Positions 1 to 11,489 are shown, numbered from the stretch's first letter. The stretch: DNA of 42,806 nt from Nemertoderma westbladi (GCA_032718475.1 JAUCBJ010004876.1:1-42806); one strand, 5' to 3'. Notes: a model not told the origin generated them from the sequence alone. Numbers and translations: made by a program.

Positions 1-385
1 CACACCAACCAGTGAAAAAATGGGGAATATTGTGATTTACGGATCACAATCAAGTATGCAATATTATACCCAATATATTATTGCATTCCAGGAGGAAACA
101 AGGGAACAGGGCAATATAATGCCGTTGGAGATAGATAACACACATCTCAGGGATAAGGCCAATACAGGGCGGAGGAAACTTAGGGGTATGAATGGGGGGA
201 AAAACCAACCAATGAGAGGACCCCACATGTGGGTATAAAGTGTATCTATTGGTCGGCAGCTCAGTAGGTAGGACTGTTAGGTAAAGTTTCCATGCAGTTT
301 CCACACACACATATATCTGTTGGTGAATATCACTTATGTTCAGTTGGTAATTATCTACTGTGGATGTCAAACAGTTTTTGACTGT
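1..385. repeat. Left arm of a long inverted repeat (truncated by the window edge)
   Basis: Reverse complement of 7908-8293 with scattered substitutions, e.g. cacatctcagggataaggccaatacaggg vs ccctgtattggccttatccctgagatgtg. Confidence 0.95.
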
Positions 386-1401
386 GATGGGATCCGAGTT
401 GGCACAGGATCCCGACCAGTGTTTGTGTCGAGTTTTGTACGCATCGCCCACTTCTATAAGAAAGGCCGTATGCTGGTAATAAAATATAAGAGTTGATTTA
501 TCGTTGTTAATACAATAATAGCTGTTGTCACCAACCAATCCCGGAAAAAATAACACAATCGCAATGATAACCTATCTAGAAATAGTGTTATTTTAGTCCT
601 AGGAAAAAATAACACATTTATTTTTCAACACTCCGGTATCTGCATGTTGAAAATATATTTATGTCTGTTTGCCGTGTTGTGAATACAGTAGTTAGCTTAC
701 CGGTACCTTTACTAACATGAGTGAAAGTAAGAATAAGACTACTGTAGGCCTATGGTATGTTTTCTGTTCAGAGTGTAGGTAGCTGGGTAGACTGAATGCT
801 TGCATCGTATATTACAGGTAGCGGTACCACAGCTTCATTTAAGATCTCAATCACATCAGTGCCTTACAACTACAGAACCTACCTGACAGCCTGACCGGTA
901 CTGAACAGAACATATTGAGCAATAATTTAATGTACCTGTACTGTCAAACTAAAGGGGAAGTGCAGTACCGGTACTGGCTGACTGTGGACTGGTACACTAC
1001 AAGTTCAGATTGCACACTCAACAGCTCAACTCAGCCTACTCAGAGATCTTTTACTTTCAGTATTTGAAAATTATGGGCAGCAGCATCCTGATCCTGAGTG
1101 CAGGAATGCCATTCTCAACAGTTTCTACGATTCTAGTACCATAAAGACGAACGTACCAGACTTGTACCTGCCAGTTGTAAATAACGTAGGTTTACATACT
1201 GCACAATGCTGTAGAACTACGGTACAGGTACATTATCTTACTGGGAGTAGAAATTAAGCTAAGATCTAGTCTTTCTGTCTATTGAAACAGATTGCAGCAG
1301 ATAGATACCGTACCAGTAGGCCTACATCCAGAGAGTACACTTATACTACCGGTAGGCCTACTTAGTAAGTATTAGTATGTGATTGGAAATTCTTGGGAAC
1401 A

Positions 1402-2635
1402 ATGACCTCCATAGAGAAAGTAAATCAAATTAGTCCCGACTTGGAATTACTGGACACCATGATTACCATAGAGGATGGAAAGCGTCCCTCAACCTCAGAT
1501 ATTGCTCCAAATTTAAACAATGGTATTGTCTTGGTTAGTAGTTCCTATCGATATTCAACGTTTATCACAAGATGATAAATCAGACTCTGACTTTTTGCAC
1601 GATAATCGCAGTAATAACCGTAGTAACACAGAATCTGCTATACGCCAAGCTGTTTCAGCTTTTAGAATTTACTTAAATCTCGTCAAGTGTGCCACACAAA
1701 TTGACAAATTTACAGTTGATAATCTTGCCTATCATTTCAATGGATTCATTCGCCGGTACAAGAAACGAAATGAAGATAAGCTGGAAACTACAACTTTGAG
1801 ATGCTATTTTTACGGTCTTCTCCGTTATTTCCGTGATCTGGGACATGGCGATGTTCTACGACTGGCTCCATTCGTGCGTTCTAAAGAAATTTTACGTTCG
1901 CGTCTTTGCCAGCTAAAAGCAGAAGGAAAGGGTAACTTAGGAAATGCTAGTGATCCTTTGGATTGTAATGACTTTAAACTATTTAAAGAGAAAGGACTGT
2001 TGGGGGTAGATACTCCAACAAAGTTACGTGATATACTCTATGTCGCATTGGTTACACACTTCGGCACTCGTACAGGGGAAGAAATGTGTCAAATGATAGT
2101 ATCTGATGTATCCAAGCATTTCTGTGCAAAGGAAGGTAAATATTACTTGCAACTACTGGAACGATCCATGAAAACCCGAAAAGGTGATACTGCACCTCGT
2201 AAATATAGATTAAAGGCATACGAGTTTCCTGCTCAGCCACACTCTTGCCCTGTATATCTTCATGAGTTGTACCTAAAGCGACGCTATCCTGATGGAAGAA
2301 TCAATGGAGGTGATCGATACTGGCTTAAACCTAAAGCCACAACCCCTCCTGGCAATGTAAGCTGGTATTGTAACCAACCAACCGGGAAGCATTCCTTTAC
2401 CTTTATGAAGACTATGGCTGAGAAGGCTGGATTTGCTGAAGAGGGCCGTAAGATCACTCAGATCAGCTGTAGGAAGACTGCTGCCCAGGTATTATGTGAT
2501 TCAGGTCAACCCGCCAAGTTTGCCCAAATCCAATTGGGACATGCCAATCTGGAGACTACAACTAAATACCTGCGCCCATCTATTGTTGCTCAACAGCACA
2601 TGAGTGCGGCTGTTAGTAGGGTTGGGGCCATCTGA
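1402..2635 (+). pseudogene. Crypton-type (DUF3504/ZMYM-like) tyrosine recombinase; frameshifted near 1560, main ORF 1520-2635
   Basis: Motifs HFGTRTGEE (Arg), SMKTRKG (Lys), CPVYLHELYL, WYCNQPTG, ITQISCRKT (HxxR position), LGHAN (His), TKYLRP (Tyr). The upstream frame from ATG 1402 (...YRYST) joins LSQDDK... through a 1-nt shift. Confidence 0.85.
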
Positions 2636-2648
2636 AAAAAAAATTGTA

Positions 2649-5600
2649 CAGGGGTGTAAAGGCGAAATTTTATGTAGAATTCGAATATGCCAAAATTTTC
2701 AAAATAGGACCACAACTTAGGCTGTAACTCACCAGATTTTAAATTACAGAATTTATGCAGTCAGCGGTAGGTCCATTTACACCCATGGGAACAACTTTCA
2801 GCACTGATTGGCACTGGTTGTATACTTCTTAAAAAGTAATAAAATACTGAAATGGTAAATATTATTGCTGCTGCTGATATAAATAAGTACTGTACCATAG
2901 ATATATTAGGCCTACCAGTACCTACTGATAGCTGCCACTACCTACCGGTATGTTATAATTAGCATTTTTTTGTACTCATAGTGATTTGATTTCATTGATA
3001 TATTATTATATTGTCAAGCTATGAATGATATAAGAAGTCGCAGCTGTGATGTCCGAAAGGAGTTAGTGGGAACCATATATTTGGAAGAAAATGAATACAC
3101 TAGAACAGGATGTCTTCCTACAGGCCTATATTTGGTTGGACGGATGTTGGCATTGTGTAAAAGTGGGAAGTTCGGTAAGTCGCATTGAAGCAAGTGAGAT
3201 TGTGGCAGGGGAGGTCAAAATGGACTGGATTTCTAAGAATGTCTACCCTGTGAGCTTGAGATCGGTTGCTAAGAGAATTAAGGGAGACTATGAACTATTC
3301 AAAAATTTGTGTAAAGTTGCAAATCGCCCCAATGAAAAGCTACCGTCGTTTTTAACCAAAGTCGGAAATTTCAATGAAAGAATGACTAAGAATGCTTATG
3401 ACATTCGCTGTGTGGATTATAATTATCAAAAAGTACTTGAAGATGAATATGGTGTGAAGATGTCAGATCAAGATCAGATGTTCTACATAGACAACTGTAA
3501 ATGCCGATATGTTGCTCACTGCACAAATTCTGTCCCAAGAAATTGGTTAAAACAGCAAAAGAGGAAAGAGCAAAGACAACATTCAGAGCTGAAAAGAAAG
3601 CAAGATTTTGTGGATCAAGAACTGATGCAAGCAGAACTTAATAAGGCTAAACTACAAGAAGCTTTAGCAGAGTCCACTGAGGATTCTGACCGTGACCCAG
3701 ATGCTCAAGTGGAAACCAAAAAATTCAAAGGTGACTATGGATCACAGTGTCAACAGAGTTTACGATCTCGTATTGAAAATGATACTAAGAATGCGTTTCC
3801 GAAGGTCAAAGTTTGTGACAGTAAGAAATCTTTCAATGAGTCACTCATTCGATGTCTAGTTCAGTGTCAGGCGAAGTTCAAAGTTACAACTAATGATCTT
3901 CTGGGCATTTCGATGGCTCTTGCAAATACCGTTTTTGGTCAAGAATGGAGAATGTCTCCTGATGTTGAGGATAATGAGTCAGATAGTAGTGAAGATGACG
4001 ATTATGATGAATGTGATAACGTTGGGAAGCGCCATCGAAAGTGTGTAGATTATTCCTACATTTTGCCTAGCCGAAGGTCAATTTTAAACTATCTTGAAGA
4101 TGCTTCATATCTAAACTTAGAAGTGGTTGCACGTCATTTGCTTGGAAAACAAGATGATGATGCTGTCACAATAGGAATTGATGATACAACAAAGGCCGCA
4201 GGTCACAAGGTGTTCAACATTAAAACAGATTATATTACGATTGCTGGACCCTCAACCAATCGAGAAACATATACCACTGGTTATATCGAGAATCTCTCTC
4301 ATTCAGGTGAAGATGCTGCTAAAGCATACGAATTAAAACTGACATGCCTTGCCCTATTGACAGATAGTTCTGTTGAAGAAATTATGGAGCATGTCGACTT
4401 TTGGATGAGTGATCGTGGCAGTGATTGTAAAACAATGCTGGAAACGTTGGGTGTAGAGAAAGAAAAAACTTGGAAATGTTGTGCTCACGTCATCCTTGGA
4501 GTAGACAATGCAATAGAAAAGGTGCTGAAAGATACAGAACGACGAATTGGTATTGATAAACTGATCGAATGTGGAAACATTGTGAGAAATAGTTCTTCCA
4601 GTATTTTGACCCTTGGTTTAATTGCAATAGCAAAACTGTTGTCACCAAGTCATTCAGCACATTCTGTTTCTTTATACAATGACTTTGTGCACTGGTTGGA
4701 AGTAAATGAACTAGAACATGCTGGTTTCAAGGGCTTTGTTTCAAATCGATTTGGTCGCATTGCTGAACTAGCGAAATTATATCTGAGACATCAGCATGAT
4801 ATACAGACTTTCTTTGATACAGTTGTCGATTATAATTCTAACAAGCTAGTTTTAGCAGTATCCACTTTTCTAAAAAACGACTGGTTTCAATGTGCTGTCG
4901 AAGTTTACTCATTAATCGGTGAGATAGTGATATTTCCTATTATGACATTCCTGGGAATTGACAAAAAATCTCAGTCTAGTAATTGGTCTGCTTCAAAGGT
5001 GTTTTTCAAAGATATGATAGCTAAACTCGCAACTCTGAGAGAACGATTTGGGAGTAAGATAACTGGAAAGGCGCAATTAATAGGATCAGTGCTTGAGGAA
5101 GTGAACGATGCCTTTAATCGACAACTTAGTCAGGTAGACTACTTTTTTAACGATGAGACAACTATGGATACTGAAAAATTGAGTCATGCACCTTTGACTA
5201 ACTTGGGTTGTGAATCGCGTTTTGCAACTCTGGACAATCAGCTGAAAGTTTCTGGAGGGATGACTACAGTGAAAACTCACTCCCGTAAATCAATTGTCGG
5301 AACAAACAAGTTCCTAGAGAAAGATGAGTTTATTCAACTTAGCGAGGTTGAAAAACGAAAAAAATGGAAATGGGCTAGAAGCAGCGAAGCAGTGAAAAAA
5401 ACAAAAAAAGTAGAAACGGAATTCCTGATGAAGGTTAAAATGAGTAAGGCATTGGCACTAAAAAAGAAAGGAGAACTCAAGCAACAGAAGATGAAACGAC
5501 TGCAGCTGGTTTTGGAGGATTGTAAAAGACACCAAGGGCCAGTCACTTCTTCCTCTATAGAACTTCTGGATAAACTGAACGAAAAGCAACTTCTGGTTGA

Positions 5601-6140
5601 GATTGCATATTTACGCTTGACTGTAGCTCCGGATATCCGACAGAAACGCCGTGTAAAGCAGACCGATGGGAAATACAAATTCCAGAACTTTAATTTAATA
5701 GACCTCATGGCCGAAATCAAGATGGTGTTGAAGCCAGAATACAAAAAAACGGAAAACATAGAACAGTTGTTGATAACTGCCTTGTATAGGAATGATTCTT
5801 GAATATACTGTCTCTGTATGTCCCTTGTGTGGCAATGCAAACGCATCTCATGCTGCACGAAGGCCCACAACGTGTTTTGGTTTAATTGTAGGCCATGTGT
5901 GTATATGTGCTTTAATAAAATGCATTTCCTATGCAATAAATGTATGAATCGTTTAAACTATCGTTATTTCTTCATTGATACCTCTTAAAATCTGCAGAAT
6001 TTTCTTTATTTTTTTTAAATTTATTTACATTTTAGCGGTCACATCAAAATGCCCCCAGTTACGGCATAAAATGATGTCATATGTCAAAAAGTCCCCCAAA
6101 TTCGAAATCTGCACTTAATTTTGCCTAAGATATACCCCTG
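2649..6140 (+). mobile_element. TIR DNA transposon, hAT-like (possibly hATm-related), inserted in the Crypton
   Basis: Imperfect ~40-bp TIRs: caggggtgtaaaggcgaaattttatgtagaattcgaat vs reverse complement of the right end caggggtatatcttaggcaaaattaagtgcagatttcgaat. Single transposase ORF; no perfect TSD. Confidence 0.75.
3091..5802 (+). CDS. DDE transposase, 903 aa (true start probably ATG 3021 in another frame)
   Basis: Candidate triad GIDDTTK / WMSDRGS / NLGCESRF, with CCAH (CxxH) after the second Asp and a long helical insertion. This layout is shared by hAT, MULE, P and Kolobok transposases. Confidence 0.8.
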   Translation: MNTLEQDVFLQAYIWLDGCWHCVKVGSSVSRIEASEIVAGEVKMDWISKNVYPVSLRSVAKRIKGDYELFKNLCKVANRPNEKLPSFLTKVGNFNERMTKNAYDIRCVDYNYQKVLEDEYGVKMSDQDQMFYIDNCKCRYVAHCTNSVPRNWLKQQKRKEQRQHSELKRKQDFVDQELMQAELNKAKLQEALAESTEDSDRDPDAQVETKKFKGDYGSQCQQSLRSRIENDTKNAFPKVKVCDSKKSFNESLIRCLVQCQAKFKVTTNDLLGISMALANTVFGQEWRMSPDVEDNESDSSEDDDYDECDNVGKRHRKCVDYSYILPSRRSILNYLEDASYLNLEVVARHLLGKQDDDAVTIGIDDTTKAAGHKVFNIKTDYITIAGPSTNRETYTTGYIENLSHSGEDAAKAYELKLTCLALLTDSSVEEIMEHVDFWMSDRGSDCKTMLETLGVEKEKTWKCCAHVILGVDNAIEKVLKDTERRIGIDKLIECGNIVRNSSSSILTLGLIAIAKLLSPSHSAHSVSLYNDFVHWLEVNELEHAGFKGFVSNRFGRIAELAKLYLRHQHDIQTFFDTVVDYNSNKLVLAVSTFLKNDWFQCAVEVYSLIGEIVIFPIMTFLGIDKKSQSSNWSASKVFFKDMIAKLATLRERFGSKITGKAQLIGSVLEEVNDAFNRQLSQVDYFFNDETTMDTEKLSHAPLTNLGCESRFATLDNQLKVSGGMTTVKTHSRKSIVGTNKFLEKDEFIQLSEVEKRKKWKWARSSEAVKKTKKVETEFLMKVKMSKALALKKKGELKQQKMKRLQLVLEDCKRHQGPVTSSSIELLDKLNEKQLLVEIAYLRLTVAPDIRQKRRVKQTDGKYKFQNFNLIDLMAEIKMVLKPEYKKTENIEQLLITALYRNDS

Positions 6141-6360
6141 CAAATACTTGTATTTAGGAAAATGTACACTTTGTCCCAACCCTACTATTAGTAACTGCAT
6201 CAGCGGAGGTGAATGTGAGACAACTACACAAGTGAGTAATGTCAGTGGACATGAAGAGATTAACATCAGTTCGGGTCTAGGAACTTTATTTAAGGACACT
6301 CAGTTTACTGGGCAGGTAAACATATTATTCATTCAAGGCGAGAATTCAAGTAAGAAATAA
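6141..6360 (+). pseudogene. Probable displaced C-terminal tail of the Crypton recombinase
   Basis: S/T/N-rich linker ending GLGTLFKDTQFTGQVNILF, which resembles the low-complexity plus F-x(n)-VNI tail I recall for this family. It starts right after the inserted DDE element. Confidence 0.5.
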
Positions 6361-7707
6361 CTAAACTGAAGGTTATTACAATTTAGCAGTCCCAACCAAC
6401 GTGGAAACTTTTTATTTTATTTAGTACCGTACTTTGCAGGCCTATATTGAAAGCTGTCAAACTATCTTATGTAATTGAAATATTTTGAAACTATCCGATG
6501 TAAAAGTTTTATATATTCCACAAAATTGCCTTTTTAACAGATTTATAACCAACGTTTGAGGAATAAAGATTAGACTTTATTACTACAAATACATGTGAGG
6601 AAGTCTAATAAAGGCTTATTTTCCTAAATATTGGGGAGGTCCTCCATAGATTATGGATAAATTATAGATTATACTGTATATATATTGAGAAAAAAAAATG
6701 TCCTATTTTTTTCTCATGTAATACGTAATTTAATTCTTAAATTGGTACTTTTTAGTTGCTTAATTCTTTAATAAAACGTACAGCGATATAGAGTTACAAA
6801 ATAAATCAAGCTGTAGTATTTTACTATGTTGCTTCCATAGTTACTGCGATTCAAATTATCTTACTCTTTAACTCCTGATTCTGATTACTCAACGTTAATT
6901 ATAACATTTTAGGTTAACCCTCCCTATAAGAAAATACAATATGTGTGTGATTATTTTTTGTGAATGATTTTCTCTCTTTCGCGAGTCGCAAATGCACTGG
7001 TTTCGGAAACTTGGGTTTCATTGAATTTTGTAGTACAAAAAATCAAGGGCTGGCAGAATTTATTGCATCGAAGTGTTTGGGTTAGGCCTACTTTACATAC
7101 ATTTTCTGCCATTTTTTATACAAAGGTAATTGCTGGTGAAAAATAAAAATATGCATTACGTGTGCAATAAATCGCTACTATGCATCAATGCGTCTTTTCA
7201 CCTATTCTCACACGAATGCTTCTGCCTACATTGTGTCTCACCCAATTCCACACGTTGAACCGCTCTCAGCTGTCCCGAGTTCCTCCCATCACCATCATCG
7301 TGTTACCTACACATACTGTGGAATGAAAATAAATTCTAGTATTTTCCATCATTTATTTTATATTGCTTTATTATTTAATCTATTATATTTATTTGTTTGT
7401 TTTACTTTATTCCAGTTTACCCGCCAGGGGGAAATTGTTAGGCATAGGTCGCTTATGTTTGTTATTTATTTATTTTATGCCCTGGCCACTCGTGTTATTT
7501 ATTAATTTGTAAATAGTGTCCCCCCCCCCCCCCCCCAAAAAAAAAGAAAAATTTCCAAGCCCCATTTTTATATTTCTACCCCCAAACAAAACCCTTTTAG
7601 AAATCTAGGGTATCTGGATGGGTTTGGTATATTGTAAATTTATAGTGGCTTCTTATATAAACATGATGTAGTTGGATATTTTTTCCGAGATTAGTTGGTA
7701 ACAACAC

Positions 7708-7844
7708 ATTTATTACTCTGATATTTTGTTATTTTTCAGGTTATTTTAACCCTCGGAACAGGAAAGCCTCGGCTACGCCTCGGCTAGTTCCTGTTCCTCG
7801 GGTTAAAATAACCGGAAAAATAACAAAATATCAGGGTAATAAAT
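7708..7844. repeat. Terminal hairpin with 57-bp arms (4 mismatches) and loop agcctcggctacgcctcggctag
   Basis: 7708-7764 is the reverse complement of 7788-7844. Confidence 0.95.
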
Positions 7845-7907
7845 ATATATATATATATAAGTACTGGTAAACAGCACAATCAGTATGTACTACGGCCGAC
7901 GTCGACG

Positions 7908-8293
7908 ACAGTCAAAAACCGTTTGACATCCACAGTAGATAATTAAACCAACTGAACATAATTGATATTCACCAACAGATATATGTGTGGGTGGAAACTG
8001 CATGGAAACTTTACCTAACAGTCCTACATACTGAGCTGCCGACCAATAGATACACGTTATACCCATATGTGGGGTCCTCTCATTGGTTAGGGTTTTCCCC
8101 CCATTCATACCCCCAAGTTTGTTCCACCCTGTATTGGCCTTATCCCTGAGATGTGTGTTATCTATATCCAATGGCATTATATTGCCCTTTTCCCTTGTTC
8201 CCTCCTGGTATGCAATATTATATTGGGAATAATTTTGCATACTTGATTGTGATCCATAAATCACAATTCCCCATTTTCTCACTGGGTGGTGTG
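7908..8293. repeat. Right arm of the long inverted repeat; probable non-autonomous TIR/foldback element hosting the Crypton
   Basis: Inverted copy of 1-385. It may extend further right: AGGG-TTAA at 8614-8621 is a possible piggyBac-like end, but the partner would lie outside the window. Confidence 0.9.
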
Positions 8294-9199
8294 CAGCGGA
8301 TGGATACGTTAACATATTATGCTGAAAAATACGGTGCCGGTTACTTTTTTATTTTTTTTTCATTTTTTGTCTACGTAGAGGACTCTGCGCCCCAAAAAAC
8401 CTGTATTGAAAAAAGATTAGCGAAAAATTTTAATTTTCAAATTTTATGAAAATTGCTCACTACTTGAAATTTTGGTGCTGTAAAACAAAGTTAATTTTTT
8501 CGAAAATTTTTTTTCGGTCGGAATTAGACTAGTGAAATCTACTTACAAACAAAATAAAAATCAGGCATTTTCGCCCCCAGTATTTGTACAACATTTTATA
8601 GCCCCGTACTAATAGGGTTAAGGAAAAACTTTCTGGTCATAAATGTAGGAAGTAGGAAGGACAAAGGCTTCTCCTAACCCCTAAACCAAATATTATACTT
8701 GCTGACACCATAAGTCGATCCAAATGATATAAAATAAACGCATAATATACATTAATTAACTACACCGTTTGAAGAGCGGCATAAATAGATTATTGAAGAG
8801 AAGTATTATAATGCAAAGGACTGTAGCAAATATAGCAATAGTATGTCTGATTTATGCCTATGGCATGGGTACTGGAGGCTGGCTTTCGAAATAGTGAAAA
8901 TTCATCCCTCTCCAGGGGAAAATCGACGCAAATAATAGCTGATTAAAAAACCACAAAAAACAACACACAAAAAACCACGCTGACCAAAAATAAAAGTGTA
9001 ACTTGTTATATTAAATTTCGTTTATTGTTTTGGTTATAATATTGTGCCACTGTAACCTGCTCCTTTCCCTTAACAAATATTGTAACATTGAAACGAGATA
9101 TTATTAATTCGCAGTGATTGGATTTGCGTCTCTCTGTCTCCAAGTTTCACTCCCTGTCTCGCTACGATGGCTTATTTTCTCTAACTATGGTTCACCCCA

Positions 9200-9355
9200 T
9201 ACTTCTTCTGAAAGTTTAAAACATTGAAAAGATTGGGTGTAATTTTAGCCCACAAGAAAACTCCCCACACAGTAACAATTGATAAATCATTTATATATTG
9301 AGAAGAAATTATTTCCCAATCTATAAGTTTACTTTGCTATTTCTTTCACATGCTT
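9200..9355 (-). pseudogene. Candidate GPCR last exon (TM7-helix 8), disabled
   Basis: After a TTACAG acceptor: ...YRLGNNFFSI*MIYQLLLCGEFSCGLK, loosely like NxxxY...F. The left boundary is approximate. Confidence 0.3.
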
Positions 9356-9532
9356 CTGTAATATTACAGTGAGATTATGAACTAAATAATTAATTAGTAA
9401 TTTATCAGCAATATGTCTCCTGTTTTTACATGTTTTACTTTATTTTCTTATTTTATTATTTTTGCCAGAAAATTTTTTATAATTTTTTCCAGAAAAAATT
9501 TGTGTAAAATGTTTTTATTGTACTAAATGTAC

Positions 9533-9748
9533 CTGTAAGTTTAATCTGACAGTGACAACATGGAGACAATAGCAACAAGGCTAATAATGAAGACGAGTAC
9601 TGTGTTCACTATATACTCATATAAACCACCTGGATTCTCATGTTGGGGTGTTGCAGGTAGGCTTCTCACACCGATATAAGCTTTCTGTACATTTTACAGT
9701 ATAGCAGTAGTGCCGGTACATCAGATACCAGAATATCACATGATCCGT
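9533..9748 (-). pseudogene. Candidate GPCR exon 3 (TM5-ICL3-TM6), disabled
   Basis: TDHVIFWYL / VPALLLYCKMYRKL ... IVNTVLVFIISLVAIVSML across frameshifts and stops; TAG acceptor and CAG|GTA donor. Confidence 0.4.
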
Positions 9749-11199
9749 CTAGTTTGTTTATCAATAAACTCTTTAACGGTACTTGGTAAGGGTATATTTA
9801 TGCCTTTTACTAAATAGGAAGCTCGGAAAAGTAATTACGAATTTTGGACCCGTCAGTGCTTTGATTATAATAATTCCTTCAATACTTTTTATCTTTTTAT
9901 AAAGGTCGGACGACCGCAAAAACTATAAACGACTCAAAAATATATCACTCTTCTTAATTCGACAAATACTTCCTGCTTCTCTCAAAATCTTGTCAATACT
10001 ATTATACATTAAGCCTGAAGTGGTTGCCTTTTCATTTCCTGTGACATGCATTTTTTATTAGTGTAGTGACAAGGGCTTAGCTACTGTACTTATTACTCCT
10101 AATTCAGTGGACTATTTATGATGGTTCCTACACGTGGCTTAGTGACATTCATTTAGCTAGTTAGTTACCCTTCAGGAGTCCTACAAAATTTTAGATAATG
10201 TTGAACATAATGGGTAAGTAGGATACGGAAGAAAACTGAACAGAAAATTTGGGTCACTATGCTCGTTTCCATGTTAACGAATACATTGTTTAAAAAAATG
10301 GTGAAAAATTGCATTTTCGTAAAATACCCAATAACCTTCCTTATTAAATATAATTGTATTGTGTAAATTTTTAGCAATTTTCTGCATACAGAAGGAAAGG
10401 TTATTTTTTAGAAAGGGGGGTGGGGTGGCTAAATTTTCAATTTTTAAATAACCGTTTTGCGAAATAGGATTTCGATCAACCTTTAAAAAAGATATATATA
10501 CTAGCTTCAATTTCTCGAATGCAATTAGGTTTTATGGTTGGTTTATTTGTGTTTTAACTCAGCAGTCACAATGAAATATTATTATTGTATATTCAATTTA
10601 ATTAAAAACCGGTCAAGCCGGTAATAAAATGGTTTAAATGGAGCACCATTATTAAAAGTCCTACTATATACTAGTCATACTATAAATGCCCTACTATATA
10701 AAATTTTATTACTCGGACCTCACTTCCCAGTTCAAGGTTTAGAAACCCCGTTAACCGAGAGCCCTGTTGTATTCGTTAGACCAGACAATATTCGGAACCA
10801 ATAATCATTCGCCGTTTACTTTCTAGGGATCCAGTTCCATTGAGGCAAAATGAAACAAAATCTCAATTCTGTTTGCGTGTTTGGCTCTCCTATATATCGG
10901 TGTAAAGTTAGTCAAGGAAAATTTATAGAAACTGGAGATCCCTCTGTAGTGAGATCCAGTCTTGGAATAGTTATGATATGATGCCAGTCGAAACGCTTGT
11001 TGCAAAATATAATTAGGACGCACTGTAGAACGAGAGAGTACCCGAATTCCCTCCCTTGATGCTTCTGATGACTCCCTTGATCCTAATTCCCTCCCTTGAT
11101 GACTTTTGATAAATGTTAAAGCGTCTCAATGCTGATATAAGAACCCAGGTGCAGCTATTCGATGATAAATTTTATGATGACGATATGATATTCTTTCAT

Positions 11200-11473
11200 A
11201 ATGATTAAACTAGGAGTGATTTTTTTCCAAATATTACATTTTTAATTATAGTTAAATGATACATTGGTATAGTTATTACAGATATAGGACCCCCATGGAG
11301 ATGAGGCTATGCCTCATGGGGCTATCCTACGAAACATATTTGCCGTTTTATACCATAACATAACTACAGCATTTTATTTATCTTATCAACAGTACATTTA
11401 CCGGTATAATCCATTTGGTTGTTGTATTACAGTATTACTTATGATCTCAATAAACCAAAATACCAATACCAAT
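11200..11473 (+). mobile_element. 3' UTR fragment of a CR1/L2-group LINE
   Basis: Stem-loop ataggacccccatggagatgaggctatgcctcatggggctatcct similar to 30426-30476 (minus); AATAAA then an (ATACCA)n-like tail. The 5' boundary is approximate. Confidence 0.55.
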
Positions 11474-11489
11474 ATAGTTTATAATTAAG

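Larger units (their letters stand above)
475..7844 (+). mobile_element. Crypton-like tyrosine-recombinase DNA transposon
   Basis: Recombinase gene with no RT. Direct repeat GGTAATAAA at 475-483 and 7835-7843; 32-bp inverted repeat at 523-554/7675-7706; terminal hairpin at 7708-7844 followed by (TA)n. Boundaries are inferred. Confidence 0.75.

Noticed and set aside
20-556. ORFs within the long inverted repeat, and their mirrors at 7890-8449
   Set aside because: The reading frames differ between the two arms and there are no recognisable domains.
5334-5936. 200-aa minus-strand ORF, and similar antisense ORFs over the LINEs
   Set aside because: Antisense shadow of the transposase or LINE coding sequence.
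1-8293. DIRS/Ngaro retrotransposon (recombinase plus inverted repeats)
   Set aside because: No RT, RNase H or gag between the repeats; the recombinase is Crypton-type.
6915-8621. piggyBac element between TTAACCCT and AGGGTTAA
   Set aside because: The match is only 8 bp and the span would cross the Crypton end and the outer repeat arm.
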